A stretch of DNA of 64,000 nucleotides from Tubiluchus corallicola (taxonomy: Eukaryota; Animalia; Priapulida). The notes under the pieces were generated by a model. It saw nothing but the letters and a program-made list of their open reading frames with translations, did no database searches and was not told the origin of the DNA. The position numbers and the translations under genes are program-made. The stretch is taken from assembly GCA_030141605.1 (NCBI GenBank), contig JAQGDQ010000516.1, positions 1-64,000 of the forward strand, read 5' to 3'. This document shows positions 51,073-64,000 of this stretch, piece after piece; position 1 is the first letter of the stretch; every line of letters starts with the position of its first letter.

Positions 51073-51615
51073 TCGGTTTATTCCGGTTCTTGCAACCTGC
51101 ACAAACCTTCCTAGAGGTGCTCAGACTGTAATTTTACATTGGCTTCGCTTTGAATCATTTATAACTGCAGGTCAGCCTTTAATTTGAAGTAATAAATTTC
51201 ATCATTACATCTGTACAAGTGACCATTTAGTGCTTGCAATCCTATAAGCAACGTCATATGTTCCATCCAAGGTTATTAAGTTAGGTTATTTTTTCTTCTT
51301 TTTAATGTAAAGCATGTAAGTATTACAACAAACTATATTTTTGGGTGGCCACTTTTCAATTAAATAGTTGCACTTTTTTCTAACTCGCAAAGTCAATACC
51401 GGTGTGTATGCAATAAACCATGTTCGCTATAATGCTAAATATAGTATTATACTGTACGTTGATTGATAAGCGTTCCTCATTGCGCCAAATGTAAAATTCT
51501 GAACTAACCTCACAATGACACCTTGAAAATGCATGCATCAAAATCCACACATAGTTTCAGGCTTGCTATATTGGCACAGATAGCCAACGTCCACAGAAGT
51601 CATTCCTCAGAAATA

Positions 51616-54600
51616 CTACTTGCGTTGTTTGCGCATAAAAGTGTGTTTTGCTGAATCGCTATCACTTTTATTACTTGACAAGCTGTGCTCACATGGAGAA
51701 GTTTCTTCCGACTGTAAATTCTTTGTTTCTTCACATCCACCTGTGGAACAAGCATCTAAGTGATACAAAATTTCATAGCAAATTATTTTTAAGCTCATTT
51801 ATGAATACTGTTTTCTTACTTTAGATTTTAATTGAAACTAAACTTTGAAGCATTAATTCAAGCCATCATAAGGGATGTAAGAAAAAAACTGCAGCTCCAT
51901 TTGTAATATAGGAGTGAACGAGCAGCCCATAATAAGAATTGGCCTAAAATTTATGATTTTCCTCTTACTAAAGTTCCTTGCAATTTTATGAATTTTTATT
52001 GATATTTAACTACTGTTGCAATATAAATCATTAACTTTTTTATTATTACACCGGTCTTCAAAATAAATGCCGAATACACACTACAGCACAAATAAATTAA
52101 CATACTTTATCTTCACCTGATAAGACATTGTTAGGATTTCGGAGAGACGAATATTTTCTAAGAGGAGGAGGTGGTCGACTCACAATGGGCACACGTTGGA
52201 TGGTAGGTGATGGAAAATCCTCGCTTTTTCCATATATGTACACAATGTTAGGTGGCGCTTCTTTCACTTCCTATTGCAGAAGTTACAAAATTATCACACT
52301 GTAAATTATAAAATTATCTTATTGTAACAATACATAAGCCCATACATGGTTAACTCTACGTCAGGGTATACTGCACTATAGTATCTGCTTACAGGTGCCA
52401 GCAGGTTACATTAACAAATACAAAGAAATGGGAAATTGGAAACTGATGAAAAGTAATTAATAACATCTACACATAAGAATATACATGTTAGCTTAACGTA
52501 TTTAATACTAGTACCCCCTTTAAATTTTAAAGTTGCAAAATTATAAAATGAAACCACTGTAAATTTATCAAAAGCAGGCAGTAATTATAAAGAAATGACA
52601 ATGTATCGTTTAATTAATTACAACTTTTTTAATATATACATGAATTCAATACTTAAAATACATTTTCTAAAAATGTTAATGAAAAACTAAATTAATAGCA
52701 GATATGTAAACCAAAAGAGCGGTAATATTTGCCAAAAATTTTATGATTGCATAAAACTGGGTTAGCTGTTAAAACAAACACAAAAAATGCTTGCCTTTTC
52801 AGCTGGCTCAGATGAAATAGATGAGCGTCTATCACAGGCACACCGAAGGCACTTTGGAAAAACACTATTAGCATTAGATGCATTAGATTTCAATGCGGAA
52901 GACTGTGACTGAGCAGCAGACTTTTTCTTCAGTTCATTTAATCGTGAATATGTGTAGCTATGCCTGACATAAAAGATTAATAAACAACATTTCAGTTTTA
53001 GTTCAAGTCACGAATGAACGAGCATGGCAATTAATAATCAACAAAAGTCAAGAAAGAAATATTGACTTGTTACGGGTGTCTTAATTTCCAAAAAAAATCA
53101 TCTACCATCATAGGTGGATCCAAGAGGGGGTGCAGTGGGCCCCCCATTCTTGCCACAACAAAATTATTTTATTTCAGAATACATCCATGATGTTCGTGTG
53201 TAAAGTGTGAAGAAGGTGCATCTTCCATGCACGCCCTTGACGTCTACTGTTGTAATGCTAAACTAGTTGAATGCGCACTTCTTAGTTATATGAAAGGGAA
53301 AGCTGAGTGTGACTGACTAAGAGTGAAGCGGCCTGTCCATTCGCGGAAGTGGAATCGTTATGTTCTTAATATTCCAAACCCAGAAACGTTCTTAACCAAA
53401 AAGTAATAAAATAGAGTCATGCTGCCAGCCCAGCTTAGCAAAGTAGCAGTTTCAGGCCCCATGAATATTAGCTAGAAATCCAATTTGAGGATTCCCTCTC
53501 AGTAATCAGTCTTACCGACAAACTTTTCAAAATTGAAGAAAGAACTGGCGTTAACACCCCACTGATTTTACACATGTGGTCAGATTGCAGGAAACTGGTC
53601 CCATATTTTCAAAATTTGCCTAGATTGAGAATTCCTAGACACCCCTTTCTGGATCCCCGGCTTCGACACCTGCCCACTCCACAATAGTGCACCAAACATT
53701 CCATTCTTTGACATTCCGGTGCCCCCTTTCTAAAAATCCTGTAACCAACCCTGATCATGGCATATGAATGGAGACATTTTCGAAATGCACAATACTTGAA
53801 GAACCCGTCAATTTCGAAAGGGTGTTTTTTTAACTGGCACTGGTAACACACTTAGCAAAAGCATGTCACTAATTTTTGTCCTGTTTGAAAGTTAGAAATC
53901 TCACCTGTTATGCAACACAGCTATATAGTTTCTAGAAAAGTCAAACAGCAGGAATAGCAGGTTAATACCACAACTATCTTAGCAGTGTGATTTGTTTTAT
54001 TTAGTGGCCAAAGTCATCTATATGGCAGTCGTGTGTAGTCAAACAAGTTTGTCTTAGCCATGATTACCAGTTGTCAAAATCTTGAACGAAGCATGGGCGA
54101 ATGTTTCAACTTGTGCTTTACAACTATTAATATTGTTCCTTACTGTAGACATCACAATGCAAATCCACTGCATACGTGAAAACAGTGAAATCACGCAAAA
54201 ATTTGGTGGAAAAAACACTAAAACATACTCACCTACATAGCTTATAAACCTTTGCCTCGTACAGGGAATTGCATTCATGCGTACTTTATAAAGCGCAATT
54301 AGAATGACGCTATGCTGACCTGCTCCGCATAACTTGATAAGCAATGGATTTGCATTAGTGAGGAACTGGCGCTTGTACTCTACAATAAAAACAGCATGCT
54401 AACATCATCTGTTGCAAGTACAATGCACTGCTGCTTGAAACTTAGCAGTAAATACCTGCAGATTTCAAAACAACACTCTATCTTTTTCTTAATCATCATC
54501 CAATGATATAACTTCTGAGTAAACTTTTTTAATACAATTAGTCACCCCAGACGAGGCCAGCAACCACTCTGGATAGAGTTACACGGTGAAAATATGAACA

Positions 54601-56414
54601 CAGGTTCAGAAACTTGAATTCGTATAAGACGTTTGCTGTGCATTAGATACTTGCTTATAAAATTCTGAGCTACACAGAAAACTGTAGTTGAAAATCTAAC
54701 TGTAACAATTACAAACATTGCAACTCTAGAGAGACTATCAGATTTAATGGCAACCACCCCTTCTCTCAAGTGTTACTTCAACATGAACATTGCACGAAAT
54801 GAAATCGCAATGAGCTAGAACATACCTCACTTTGCCCTTATTTGAGCATTAAAAATGCCAGATAGGTTTTCCTAGGTGTCTAAAATGCAGGGAGCTCTCT
54901 TTTAAGAAGCTAAAAAGTGATGTCTGAAAGGCATACCTACAGTCAGATTTGCTATTAAGATAAACATCTAAAAATGCTTAAATGCAAAAAAATCAAGGAA
55001 GGCCAGAGACACCACAATGGGAGCTTAGAGCACCCCTTCAGACTCAAAGCTGAATTTTTGTGGAATCTCCCTATTCTATACATTTCTAAATTGGGATGTC
55101 TGCAATTAAATTTGTGACTTTTTAAATCATTAAGATGGCTTAAAAACTGTAATTGTCTTTTTACCTGTATTGCTCCATATATTTCTTCTTGTTAGCATAG
55201 TGTATAAACCTGAATGAAATCGGACTCTGATATGAGACTGAAGAATAGTCTGTTTTAGGCTTTACAGACATTGAAGGCACTGCCGTGTTTTTCTTTGCAC
55301 GAGAAGTGGAAGCAGCAGACACCGCCGATGTAGACGCTGTACTCCGAGTAGATGCTGTTTTGCTATTTGGCCTAGTCTGGAGATAATTCATGGCCTCATT
55401 GTGATACTTATTGCACACAGACCATGGTGTGATGTCCTGAAGTAGAATATAATTTTATATGTACGGGTTACAGCAGTGGTTCCCAACCTTTTGTTGACGG
55501 TGACCCCTTTCCTGAAACCTGCATCATATTCACTTAAGACATATAATATAATCACATGTTATACTATTAAACATGATTATGGTTTGCATTTATTAGTTTT
55601 AAGTTACTAGTCAAGAAATTATTGAACAACGAGTGATTGTTTCATTAATTCATTAATGTGTTGGTTGCACCTGTTTCTCAGCGACCAGTAATGCAACAGC
55701 AATAGGTATCCAAGGTTAAATGAATAGCAACACGCTTTTGGGCTGTGTACACTGTACACAACTGTACAGCATGGAACAACGTGCATTTTCATTTTCTAGG
55801 AAAATCAAGCACTGGTATATCGCATTTAGAGCGGGAAAATTGAATTTCACTTTCCAGAACAAAGTGCTGTAATTAGAGACTGTGGAAATAAATTCTACTT
55901 ACATACTTTTCAAGAAAACAGCATTTTTTAAAAATAGTTTTTGGACTAACCCGCGACCCCAAGGTTGGGAACCCATGGGTTACAGGCATGACGTAGAACA
56001 AAACTATTATAACACCCTGAACTGACTAAGTTTTCCAAATGCTGAATGCACTGCACACATAACAAAACTTGTCAGAGGTCAAAAAGACAAGACTAAACTA
56101 CGCTGGGAACAATATGTGCTCTCTAAACAACTGCTTATGTATAACATTTGCTTAAAGATACGATGAATTTCAATTTAAATGTATTAAAGGCAATCCTTTC
56201 GATTGAAATATATGGCAAACAAAGGTACTAAGCCATTCCAGGAAGCCCCAATTTTGAAATTCCCACTTATCCAACATACCTCTTTTTCACTGTCTGCCTG
56301 AGATTCATCAATTGTGTGTTTCTCACTCAGCTTCTTACTATTTTTTTCTGCTCTGCCTTTTGTAGAGCTGTGTTCTGTTCTTTTTATTGATTTCGCAGGC
56401 CTTTTCACATTATC
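51616..56414 (-). CDS. Uncharacterised Ser/Lys/Ala-rich multi-exon protein, 5' exon(s) unresolved
   Basis: Five phase-consistent exons 56414-56280, 55436-55165, 52963-52795, 52270-52117 and 51755-51616 splice into a stop-free 289-codon frame (DNVKRPAK...YMEQYR|HSYTYSRL...EPAEK|EVKEAPP...NVLS|DACSTGG...RKQRK*). All acceptors have pyrimidine tracts; one donor is GC. No domain recognised. Confidence 0.68.
55474..55977. mobile_element. hAT (Charlie-like) MITE in an intron of the uncharacterised gene
   Basis: TIRs cagtggttcccaacctt / aaggttgggaacccatg. Perfect 8-bp TSD ggttacag at 55466-55473 and 55978-55985. Confidence 0.92.
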
Positions 56415-59400
56415 CTGCAACAAATATATACAGCTAAACAGGATGAAAAGCAAATACCAAAAGCTAAAAACTACTAGCAGTTAGTTACATTTACAAATTT
56501 GTTTTTAATAGACAAAAACAAGAGTAAGTGCGTTACAGTGATAATACACACAATGTTAGTTATTTTGGCTTACTGAGATTTATGTAAAAAAACTTGCAAA
56601 AACAGCAAAAGTGCGGACTGGGTTTTTGTAAAATGTGATAGAGAATGGCTAGGGAGAGGTTTCTAAGGGGGAATCCGGAAACTGCGAACCGGAATCTGCG
56701 CAATATCCAGAAACCGCAAATCGGAGTCTGCTGAATTCCGGAAACTATGGACCAGAAAATCTAGAAAGTGCGGGCAGGCTGTAAGAGGTGGGAATTCATG
56801 TAGTTGCAAACTAGAAACTGCAGATTACATGGAAACTGCAAATGCATCAGGCTTATTTATTTATTTATGTATACTTTGATAATGGAACATAATTGTAATG
56901 CATTCTAAAATTGTAACTGAAAGAAGATGATGCAGATCGCAATATACATGTAAGTTAGTCACTGATTACAATTTTCTAGTAAAAATTTTACTACCTAAAT
57001 ATGAGGACTGAAAAATGAGTATGTAAGCGAAATAAAAAAATCTCAAATTGTCTTTAGTCACTTCCTGGGCTTCTGTCTATTCTGCAAAAAGTAAAGGTCG
57101 TTAGTAAAAAGTAAGGGATTACCTTTATTGAAATTGATCAGTAGTGTGTAATCTGATTACAGCTTTCTAAATTAGTCAATGCTAAATCACAATGAATTAC
57201 TTTTTAAAAAATAAGGAATCCTAATATGCACAGTGTTTGCACTATAACATGGAAAATGTTTGCTAACATTAACCTTGGTTTCAAAATTGCAATTTCACTT
57301 TTGTTGAATTCGCCATGCTTTTACCTAGGAATTGCATTTTGTTTCCATGTAATCAAAACTTGCCACTTTTGGACCAGTTAGGTTTAGTGACCAAATGCAA
57401 CCCCTAGGTCAGATGTCAACCAATTTAAATCATCCCTCCATTCAATTTGTTACATTGAGACCTTCCATTTGACGTGCGTTACAAGCCCGTTTTTCAACAA
57501 TGGAAAAATGTTCGACCCATTTTTGGGTTTTGGGCCCCTAACAAATTTTATTCCATACCTAAATGACCCATACATAACCATGTAGCAAAAACTCGACGCC
57601 ACCTAGCACACCAAAAAATGAGGTCCTAGCTGAAAAACTAGGAGATAGAAACTAATTAAAACTATCTTTGACCCTAAAGTTTAGTGTCCTTGTACCATTC
57701 CAGCTTGTTAACTTTTCCAGTTATTGACAAGTTAAAACACTTGTTTTAACGCTTTTGTCCATATCCCGTAACTCGGCATCACTCACATTCTAAAAAACAC
57801 TTAATGCACATCTACCCTTACTTGACTACCTATGCCTACAAAAACATAAGCTCCTCGTCTTGTCACTGTTTCTGTACTATCTGTGATAACCTGTCTCAGG
57901 TGTCTATACTGCAAGTTTTGTGAGTATCACTCTTATACTTTTTGACATGACCTAATTTAAACACTTTTACCTGTGTCACGTGACTTGGCTAGGTTCACTT
58001 CTTGAAAAATATAAATGCAAAAGCATAGACTCTCATTTCAATACTTTGTCACTGTAGGAGGAGTTCAGTGACAAAGTTGTTTATTCTAATTTTCACATTT
58101 TGACTCCTGCTGCTGTGATCTTTGAAAGGGAGGTCACTGTTTTTATGTACTTCTCTAAGGACCTATCATAGCAAGTTTCATAATTCTAGCTGTTAAACTT
58201 ACGAAGTTATTGCCAGAACACCATTTTAACACTTTTGCTGGTATCACTTGACTTAGTCAAGCCCACTTTTCGTGCACATCTACGCCTGCCCGCCTACCCA
58301 CACATGCATAAACAGCGACACCTAGTCAAATAATGTAAAAGGAATAGAGTGACAAACTATTTAATTTTCACGTTTTGGCTCCTATACAGGCCTCCTTAAG
58401 AGAATCCCAGCTTTTCAAAACCTAGGTCCACATCTAGGCTATCCTGCATAAGACTTGTGAAAAAATAAATATTTTTGAAGATATCTATATCAGACACAGT
58501 CTATTTTGTAAATCCATTATAAATAAATAAGTTTAAACTAAAATTAATTTAACTCAAACTCCTGGGTGAAGTTTTGTTGAAAAAATGCATTTTCAGTTGT
58601 TGCCAAAACCCCTGTCCACTCTCTCAGAGTCTATTCCATGTCATGTTTTCCAAAACCAACAGTTGGCAGTTTCTTGTTCGTGATTTCAAGATTTGCCATT
58701 GTTTTGTGCTTCTCAGTAATCCCCCAGCTTACTGAGATTTGCGGAAAACAAAACAGTGAAATTCCGGTGTTTTGTTTTCCGCAAGTCTTAGTAAGCCGTT
58801 ATTTTTACCAGCTCAGCTACTACAACCATACTTATCACATCCGTGACAAACTAAAGCAAAGCAACAATTACCTACATCTACTGGTGCAAAAAGTTCACCA
58901 AATTGGATGATGGAAGCTTTAAACTTTTTTAAAAAAAATTAAGAGGCTAGAAAATTAAGTCAGTTAGATAACTAAAACCTCCTTTTAAAAGCTCTTCTGC
59001 AAATTTAGAACAGTTGTGTAATTTTGTTTCATATCTTTAAATGCAACTTTAGACTCTTGAGCTAATTTCTTAATTTAATGGTATAAAAATAATATCTACA
59101 AACACTTATTGCTTGAAAACACCTGTAGTAAAACAATAGGAACAATATATATAGTAAATATAGTTTATAGTAAAATAAATATTTTTTTACTATAGTTTAT
59201 AGTAAAAAATACAACATTCAATAAAAAATACTAAGATAGCTTACTGTATTACATGGCTTGTTATTTTTATCTGACAATGCTAAAAGTTTCATTGCTGCAA
59301 TATGATCCAAGCAATTCGTGCTAGAATGGGGGCTGCTCATGTTGTTTATCAGCTTTCCAATTTTCCAGCTTTCCAAGTATGGACTGCCTTTCACAGCAGA

Positions 59401-60049
59401 TTTCAGTTACCAGCAAAGACCTAAATTGAGAAAGAAATGCTATTGTGTGATGGAGATTTATACTGACAGTTCAATGAATGAACCCACAATTATTGAATTT
59501 TATAGACTTTTCAACTCTCACAGTTTAACTGTCAGTCTCACAATTTTAACTCATTTCTCACATAGTAGAATTTTGTTCCTCACAGTTAACGAAATTAAAA
59601 GAAACCAAAAAAATTCTTCTTCTTGAGGCAGTTTACAGTGTCTACATGATTTTAGTTAACTTTAAATTAACTCAGTTTGCAAGAAAAATTACTCAAAAGG
59701 TATCTCATATAACCATGATCAACAATTAAATTTAGCAAACCGAAATCGCTATGTTAACATTTTGAATTAGCTAAGTTATTATTGATCGTAAATTTAATCT
59801 GTGATGGAGTAATTTAAGAATTTTCAATAAAGGAGTATTTAAATTGGATGTCAAAAAAATCTGCGATGTTAAATCTTTAGGTTTTTTAAGTAGCCACTAG
59901 GTTTTTACTTCAACTTTTTTCAAAAGATCTCCAGATTTGACACTTCTTAGGTAGATGGGGTTGAAAGGTTTGAGCTTTATATTGACTTTTTCACTTTTGT
60001 GGGTTCATCCCAAAGATAGTAAATAATCTGGAAATTAATATTAAGAATA

Positions 60050-60826
60050 CAGTCTAGCCTCGTTATCTTGCCACTGTCCGTTTAATGGCAAATTTTTGGC
60101 GCGAGGCGAGTATGGCGAGATAACGGGAATATAACGAAGTTAGTCTATATGTATATACATAATAGTTGATTAACATAGTGTTCCTCTATGTACATATAAA
60201 ATATATTTCGCATTATGATACCAATCAACATTAAATCAGAAATGAAAAAATGGCATAAAAATAATCTTAGAATGTTACTTTTTAATTTAAAAAACCTTTT
60301 TCGAGTATACACTTAAATGCAATAAACTTAGCAAAAGATTTAGAAATGTTCACAAATGAGTTACTGACGACTGAAATAATTCAGAAGAGACGACTGTTTC
60401 GTTGATGATACACACAAGCAGTCAACACAACGTTTAATCAAACACAATCCTTGAATATTGTCGCTTGTGACTCTGTCAGACTGTTCAAAGTAACCAACCA
60501 CAGCACACCTAATCTAATCCTGGTGAGACACACACTAGATTAATTATGTCTGTCTATCGAGTACAGCAGCATTGTCTACATACCGCGGTTATATTGATCG
60601 ACACACGGTATATGTATTGATCGATTCACCTCTAAGTTTGTCTGTTTGGCGACATAACGAATATAGTTTACATAAGCACTCATCCTAGCATGACGTGGCG
60701 AGGGCGAGAAGCGAGGGTGGCGACTTAACAAAGTAAATATCAAAGCAGGAAATCTGTCCTGGTACTTTCTATGGCGACAGACGAGTTTGGCGGCATAACG
60801 AGGGGCGAGATAACGAGGCTAGACTG
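60050..60826. mobile_element. pogo/Tigger-like (Tc1/mariner) MITE
   Basis: ~23 bp TIRs cagtctagcctcgttatcttgcc / ggcgagataacgaggctagactg. TA TSD at 60048-60049 and 60827-60828. Repeated subterminal ggcga...ataacg motifs. Confidence 0.92.
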
Positions 60827-60879
60827 TAATTAAACCAACAGTTATTAATTTTTGAAGACAATTTGAATGCAAAAAAGCT

Positions 60880-61330
60880 GGGACTGATTCTGAATTTGAA
60901 CCAATGACCTTGATATTTCAAGTCAAATGTCACGACCACAAATAATGTAGTGGCTCTGGCATCAAAGTTCTTGGTTCAAATCCAGCCTCAGTCATGTTCT
61001 AGTGTCATGAGTTTCCCACAATAATTCCAGTTAATTGAACAGAATGAATTTTGAAACTAAACCACTCTGAAATAAATTTAGAGAAAATCAGGACTGAACA
61101 TGAATTTGAAACAGGCACCTTTGGATTACAACACTAAAAACATTATAACCAGTAGACAAAGAACCTTTACTACAAGCTCATGCCATTCATTGCCAGTATA
61201 CTAGTGATCAGGGCATTTGGTATTATAATTCAAAACCTTGCTGACTATGATTCAAATCCAGGTTTGGCTATATGCTACTGGTCATTGTATTGGACTTGTA
61301 ATCAAAAGTTTTCTGGTCCAAATATAGGCG
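60880..61330. repeat. Cluster of degenerate tRNA-like or SINE-head units in both orientations
   Basis: B-box-like GGTTCAAATCC (~60974, +), GATTCAAATCC (~61249, +), GGTCCAAAT (~61315, +), and minus-strand GGTTCAAATTC (~60902) and GTTTCAAATTC (~61112). Several are preceded by anticodon-arm-like gacttgtaatc and A-box-like ctactggt. Confidence 0.5.
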
Positions 61331-61882
61331 AAATTTCAACGCTTTCACATCACGCCCTTCATTTTGATATATTCCAAAACTTAATAATTGTGTACTAATG
61401 GCATACCTGTCATTATTTTGTATTAATTTACATCATTTTTACTCTTAGATTTGAAAAATAGTTTAAATTGCAGTGACCTGCCCAATATAACAATACATGT
61501 ATCATGAGTTACATGGCTGACAAGTATTACTATGACTAATATAATATTGTTTCGTATGTCAATCGCTAATTTGATTTCCAGGAGTTATGGAAGAAAGTTT
61601 AATGCCACAAAATTGTCATGAATCACAAACAAAGAATCAAATTATCACTTGGTTCTTATTGTAACCGTTATTCATTTTCAATGGATTTTCAAAAATTATG
61701 AGTGACTGTTGAAACACCTCGAATGATGCAAAACATTGCTTTAATAATTTGACATAATAGTAGCTCCCCAAAACACACATATTACCCGCAAGTCATTAAC
61801 CACTATATAATATTATAAATTTAACTAGTTAGTCTTATGTCTATCTAGCTCTAAAAACGTAAAATTCAAACTGACAAACCTA

Positions 61883-62143
61883 TTAATCTTTCAAGTTCAC
61901 TGTTACAGAAATGACATCAGAAGCACGAAGTAACGCCTGTGGAAGAGTACCAAGTGGCGTTTCTAGTGCAGAAACCTGAAACTTCTCAGTGTCAATATTT
62001 GTGCTGCCAAACACTGCTGTAACCGTGGTTTTATCATGCAAGCAAAATGTTGCTGGCTTGTTCACAATAGCAGTCACCATTCGCAAAAACCGTTCTCGAA
62101 GATAACAACGCTCTTCTTGCTCTCGCACATTTGTGACCTCCAT
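61883..62143 (-). CDS. GEMIN7: Gem-associated protein 7 (SMN complex Sm-like subunit), 86 aa
   Basis: EQEERCYLRERFLR...F.LH....V.A.FGSTN....FQVS.LETPLG....ALLRASDVIS matches the conserved Gemin7 core. ATG at 62143; splice acceptor ttttctacag at 62171-62169 indicates a 5' UTR intron. Confidence 0.93.
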   Translation of the reverse strand: MEVTNVREQEERCYLRERFLRMVTAIVNKPATFCLHDKTTVTAVFGSTNIDTEKFQVSALETPLGTLPQALLRASDVISVTVNLKD

Positions 62144-64000
62144 CAACTGTGGCTTCCTTTAAATTTCCCTGTAGAAAATACCAGATTCATTAGAGGTTAA
62201 TCCCAGCTTTTATACTAGCCAGGTGCACCCCAAACTTCTAGTGTGTCATTAAAGACTTTTTAGAAGTACAATATATTGTTAAAGAGTTCAAGACTTAACG
62301 ATTAAACATCCAACAATTAAAATTTAAGATGACATTTATTCATTTTACATTAATTGCAAAGCAATCCACTATTACCATATTCAGTTTATTCTGACGTTAC
62401 TGCAAAAAAGCCTAACCTACAACACAGCCTGCCTACATTTCTGATTAAAAGCCACATTTTGGGTCATGCAAGAGATAAAGCCCATTTCAAATGGTTACAA
62501 AGGGGTGTTGTTATTGTTGTTATTAAGTTACGCCATGGTGTATTCCCCTCTCTAGTACTACATTTATTTAGTCGGTTCAGCTGGGACTAGGTCCAACAAA
62601 ATTAATTAAATACTTATTTTTACCTTCGATGGTCAGGGCGAAGCTAATAGCTTTTTGCCATACACAACAAACTATATAACCTGAAATCTGCACTAATATG
62701 GAATCTGAATAATCTGGAATAGGTAAGCAAGTAATTTTAAGGAACGGTTGCTGGCTAGCAGAGTAATTTCGCATCTCTCAACGTTCATAGAATTGTGTAC
62801 TTAATTTTTGCAATTATGAGAGTCAACATAAAAAATAAGGCAATTCTATATGCTACTCAGCTTGCAACTTAATGATCACAAAAGGAATAATGAGGTTGGT
62901 GAAATGCGATAATTATAATGCCAGCTCACTGTTAAAGCATTTCACCACTAGTAGTAGTAGTATGCTTCTCATTGGAAAACGAGAAATTGTAATTGTAATT
63001 TATTATCACTTCAGCGTGTATTTTTACAATGCACTTTATATTATTATCTTTATAACTATTATGCGTTATAACTAGGAAAATGCAATATAGTTACAATAAT
63101 TGTAACAGAACTACATTAGTATACTATAGCGTGGTACAGTTAGGGAAAAATTCCAAATATAATTACAAAAATTTAACAGAAGTATATTAACATAGTTACT
63201 AAACTACATAATAAGAATACCTAAACATAATAAGCAAAAGCAAGAACAAACAAAATCAAATAAATTAAAGATGAAAAATTAGGAAAGAACTCATGAAACA
63301 ACCTTGATTCTCGTATTCATAGTTCATACCTACACCTTTTCAGAGTTTTCACAATCAAACGCTGCCAATGCGGTGGCTCTTCAAAATATCGACAAGATAA
63401 AGCCGCGTAACAAAAGATTCCCTAAACTCTTAAGCCAACTTAGTCACGTGGCTGATAGTAGAAGAGATATATTTACAAATTATCAAACAAAATAAGTTAT
63501 ATTCCAAATAGCAGTTTTGATTACCAATCATCGTGGACCACTTAGATATGAAATTGCTGTACTGTCTGAGTATCTGAGCCGATACTATCGAAATGGATTA
63601 GCCTTTATAGATTGGTAATATTAATAGTTCAAGGTTAACAGTTCATAACGTAATATTTACCCTTAATCACCAAATTTGGAATTTGGACTCTCAAGAGGCA
63701 ACTGAGTTTGTCAACGTGCCCTGCTGTCGGTGGTGTCACTATTCACGCTTGTTACAGTTCTCTGATCCTCGACCTCTAAAAGGATTTTCTAAAAAAAAAG
63801 CTTCAGCCTAGATTTGGTTTTACATACATAACTAAACAAGTGGCAAATTTTAACCAAACTTGTAAGTTAATTATTACTTATTAAGAATGTCTAAACCTAT
63901 TCGCTCTGAATATGGCCTTCTCGTGGCTGCACTTTTTGGTGTTATATGCTATTACCAAGTTGTCTACAATGTTTTTGGAACTGCAGAGGATTTAACATTA

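Noticed and set aside
54233-54515. Extra exons of the minus-strand uncharacterised gene (plausible splice sites at 54379/54233 and ~54514/54457)
   Set aside because: Not phase-compatible with the flanking exons without introducing stops; 55165 splices cleanly to 52963. They could be poison or non-coding exons but are unsupported.
60880-61330. Functional tRNA genes
   Set aside because: Acceptor and D stems do not pair convincingly, so these are reported only as degenerate tRNA-like repeats.

Overview
AT-rich, intron-rich, transposon-littered DNA from an invertebrate animal. An ecdysozoan, probably a non-insect arthropod, is inferred from an RYamide-ending neuropeptide and a CBM14-LDLa-deacetylase gene. 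It is not prokaryotic: no CRISPR arrays, operons or rRNA were seen. Manual splicing supports six protein-coding genes: (1) a luqin/RYamide-type neuropeptide precursor (-, 120-5787; predicted peptide QLWQPNMRYamide, C-X10-C tail); (2) a 9-exon chitin-deacetylase-like gene (+, 22483-28200, 522 aa) with an intact ORF but replaced catalytic and Zn-binding residues; (3) mitochondrial malonyl-CoA:ACP transacylase MCAT (+, with a GC-AG intron); (4) a single-coding-exon GT92 glycosyltransferase (+); (5) an unrecognised Ser/Lys-rich multi-exon gene (-, also with a GC-AG intron); (6) Gemin7 (-). Also present: a frameshifted intronless trypsin-like pseudogene, a 5'-truncated RTE LINE, an Academ-like remnant, a head-to-tail Helitron dimer, MITEs with readable TIRs and TSDs (hAT, pogo/Tigger, Harbinger, Ginger-like, CACT-type), a 1.4-kb CACCA-type satellite, foldback hairpins and a cluster of degenerate tRNA-like units. 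I found no convincing multi-gene novel system. The strongest leads are the intermediate-type luqin peptide and the probable chitin-binding pseudo-deacetylase. All family assignments come from motif recognition by eye, not from database searches.
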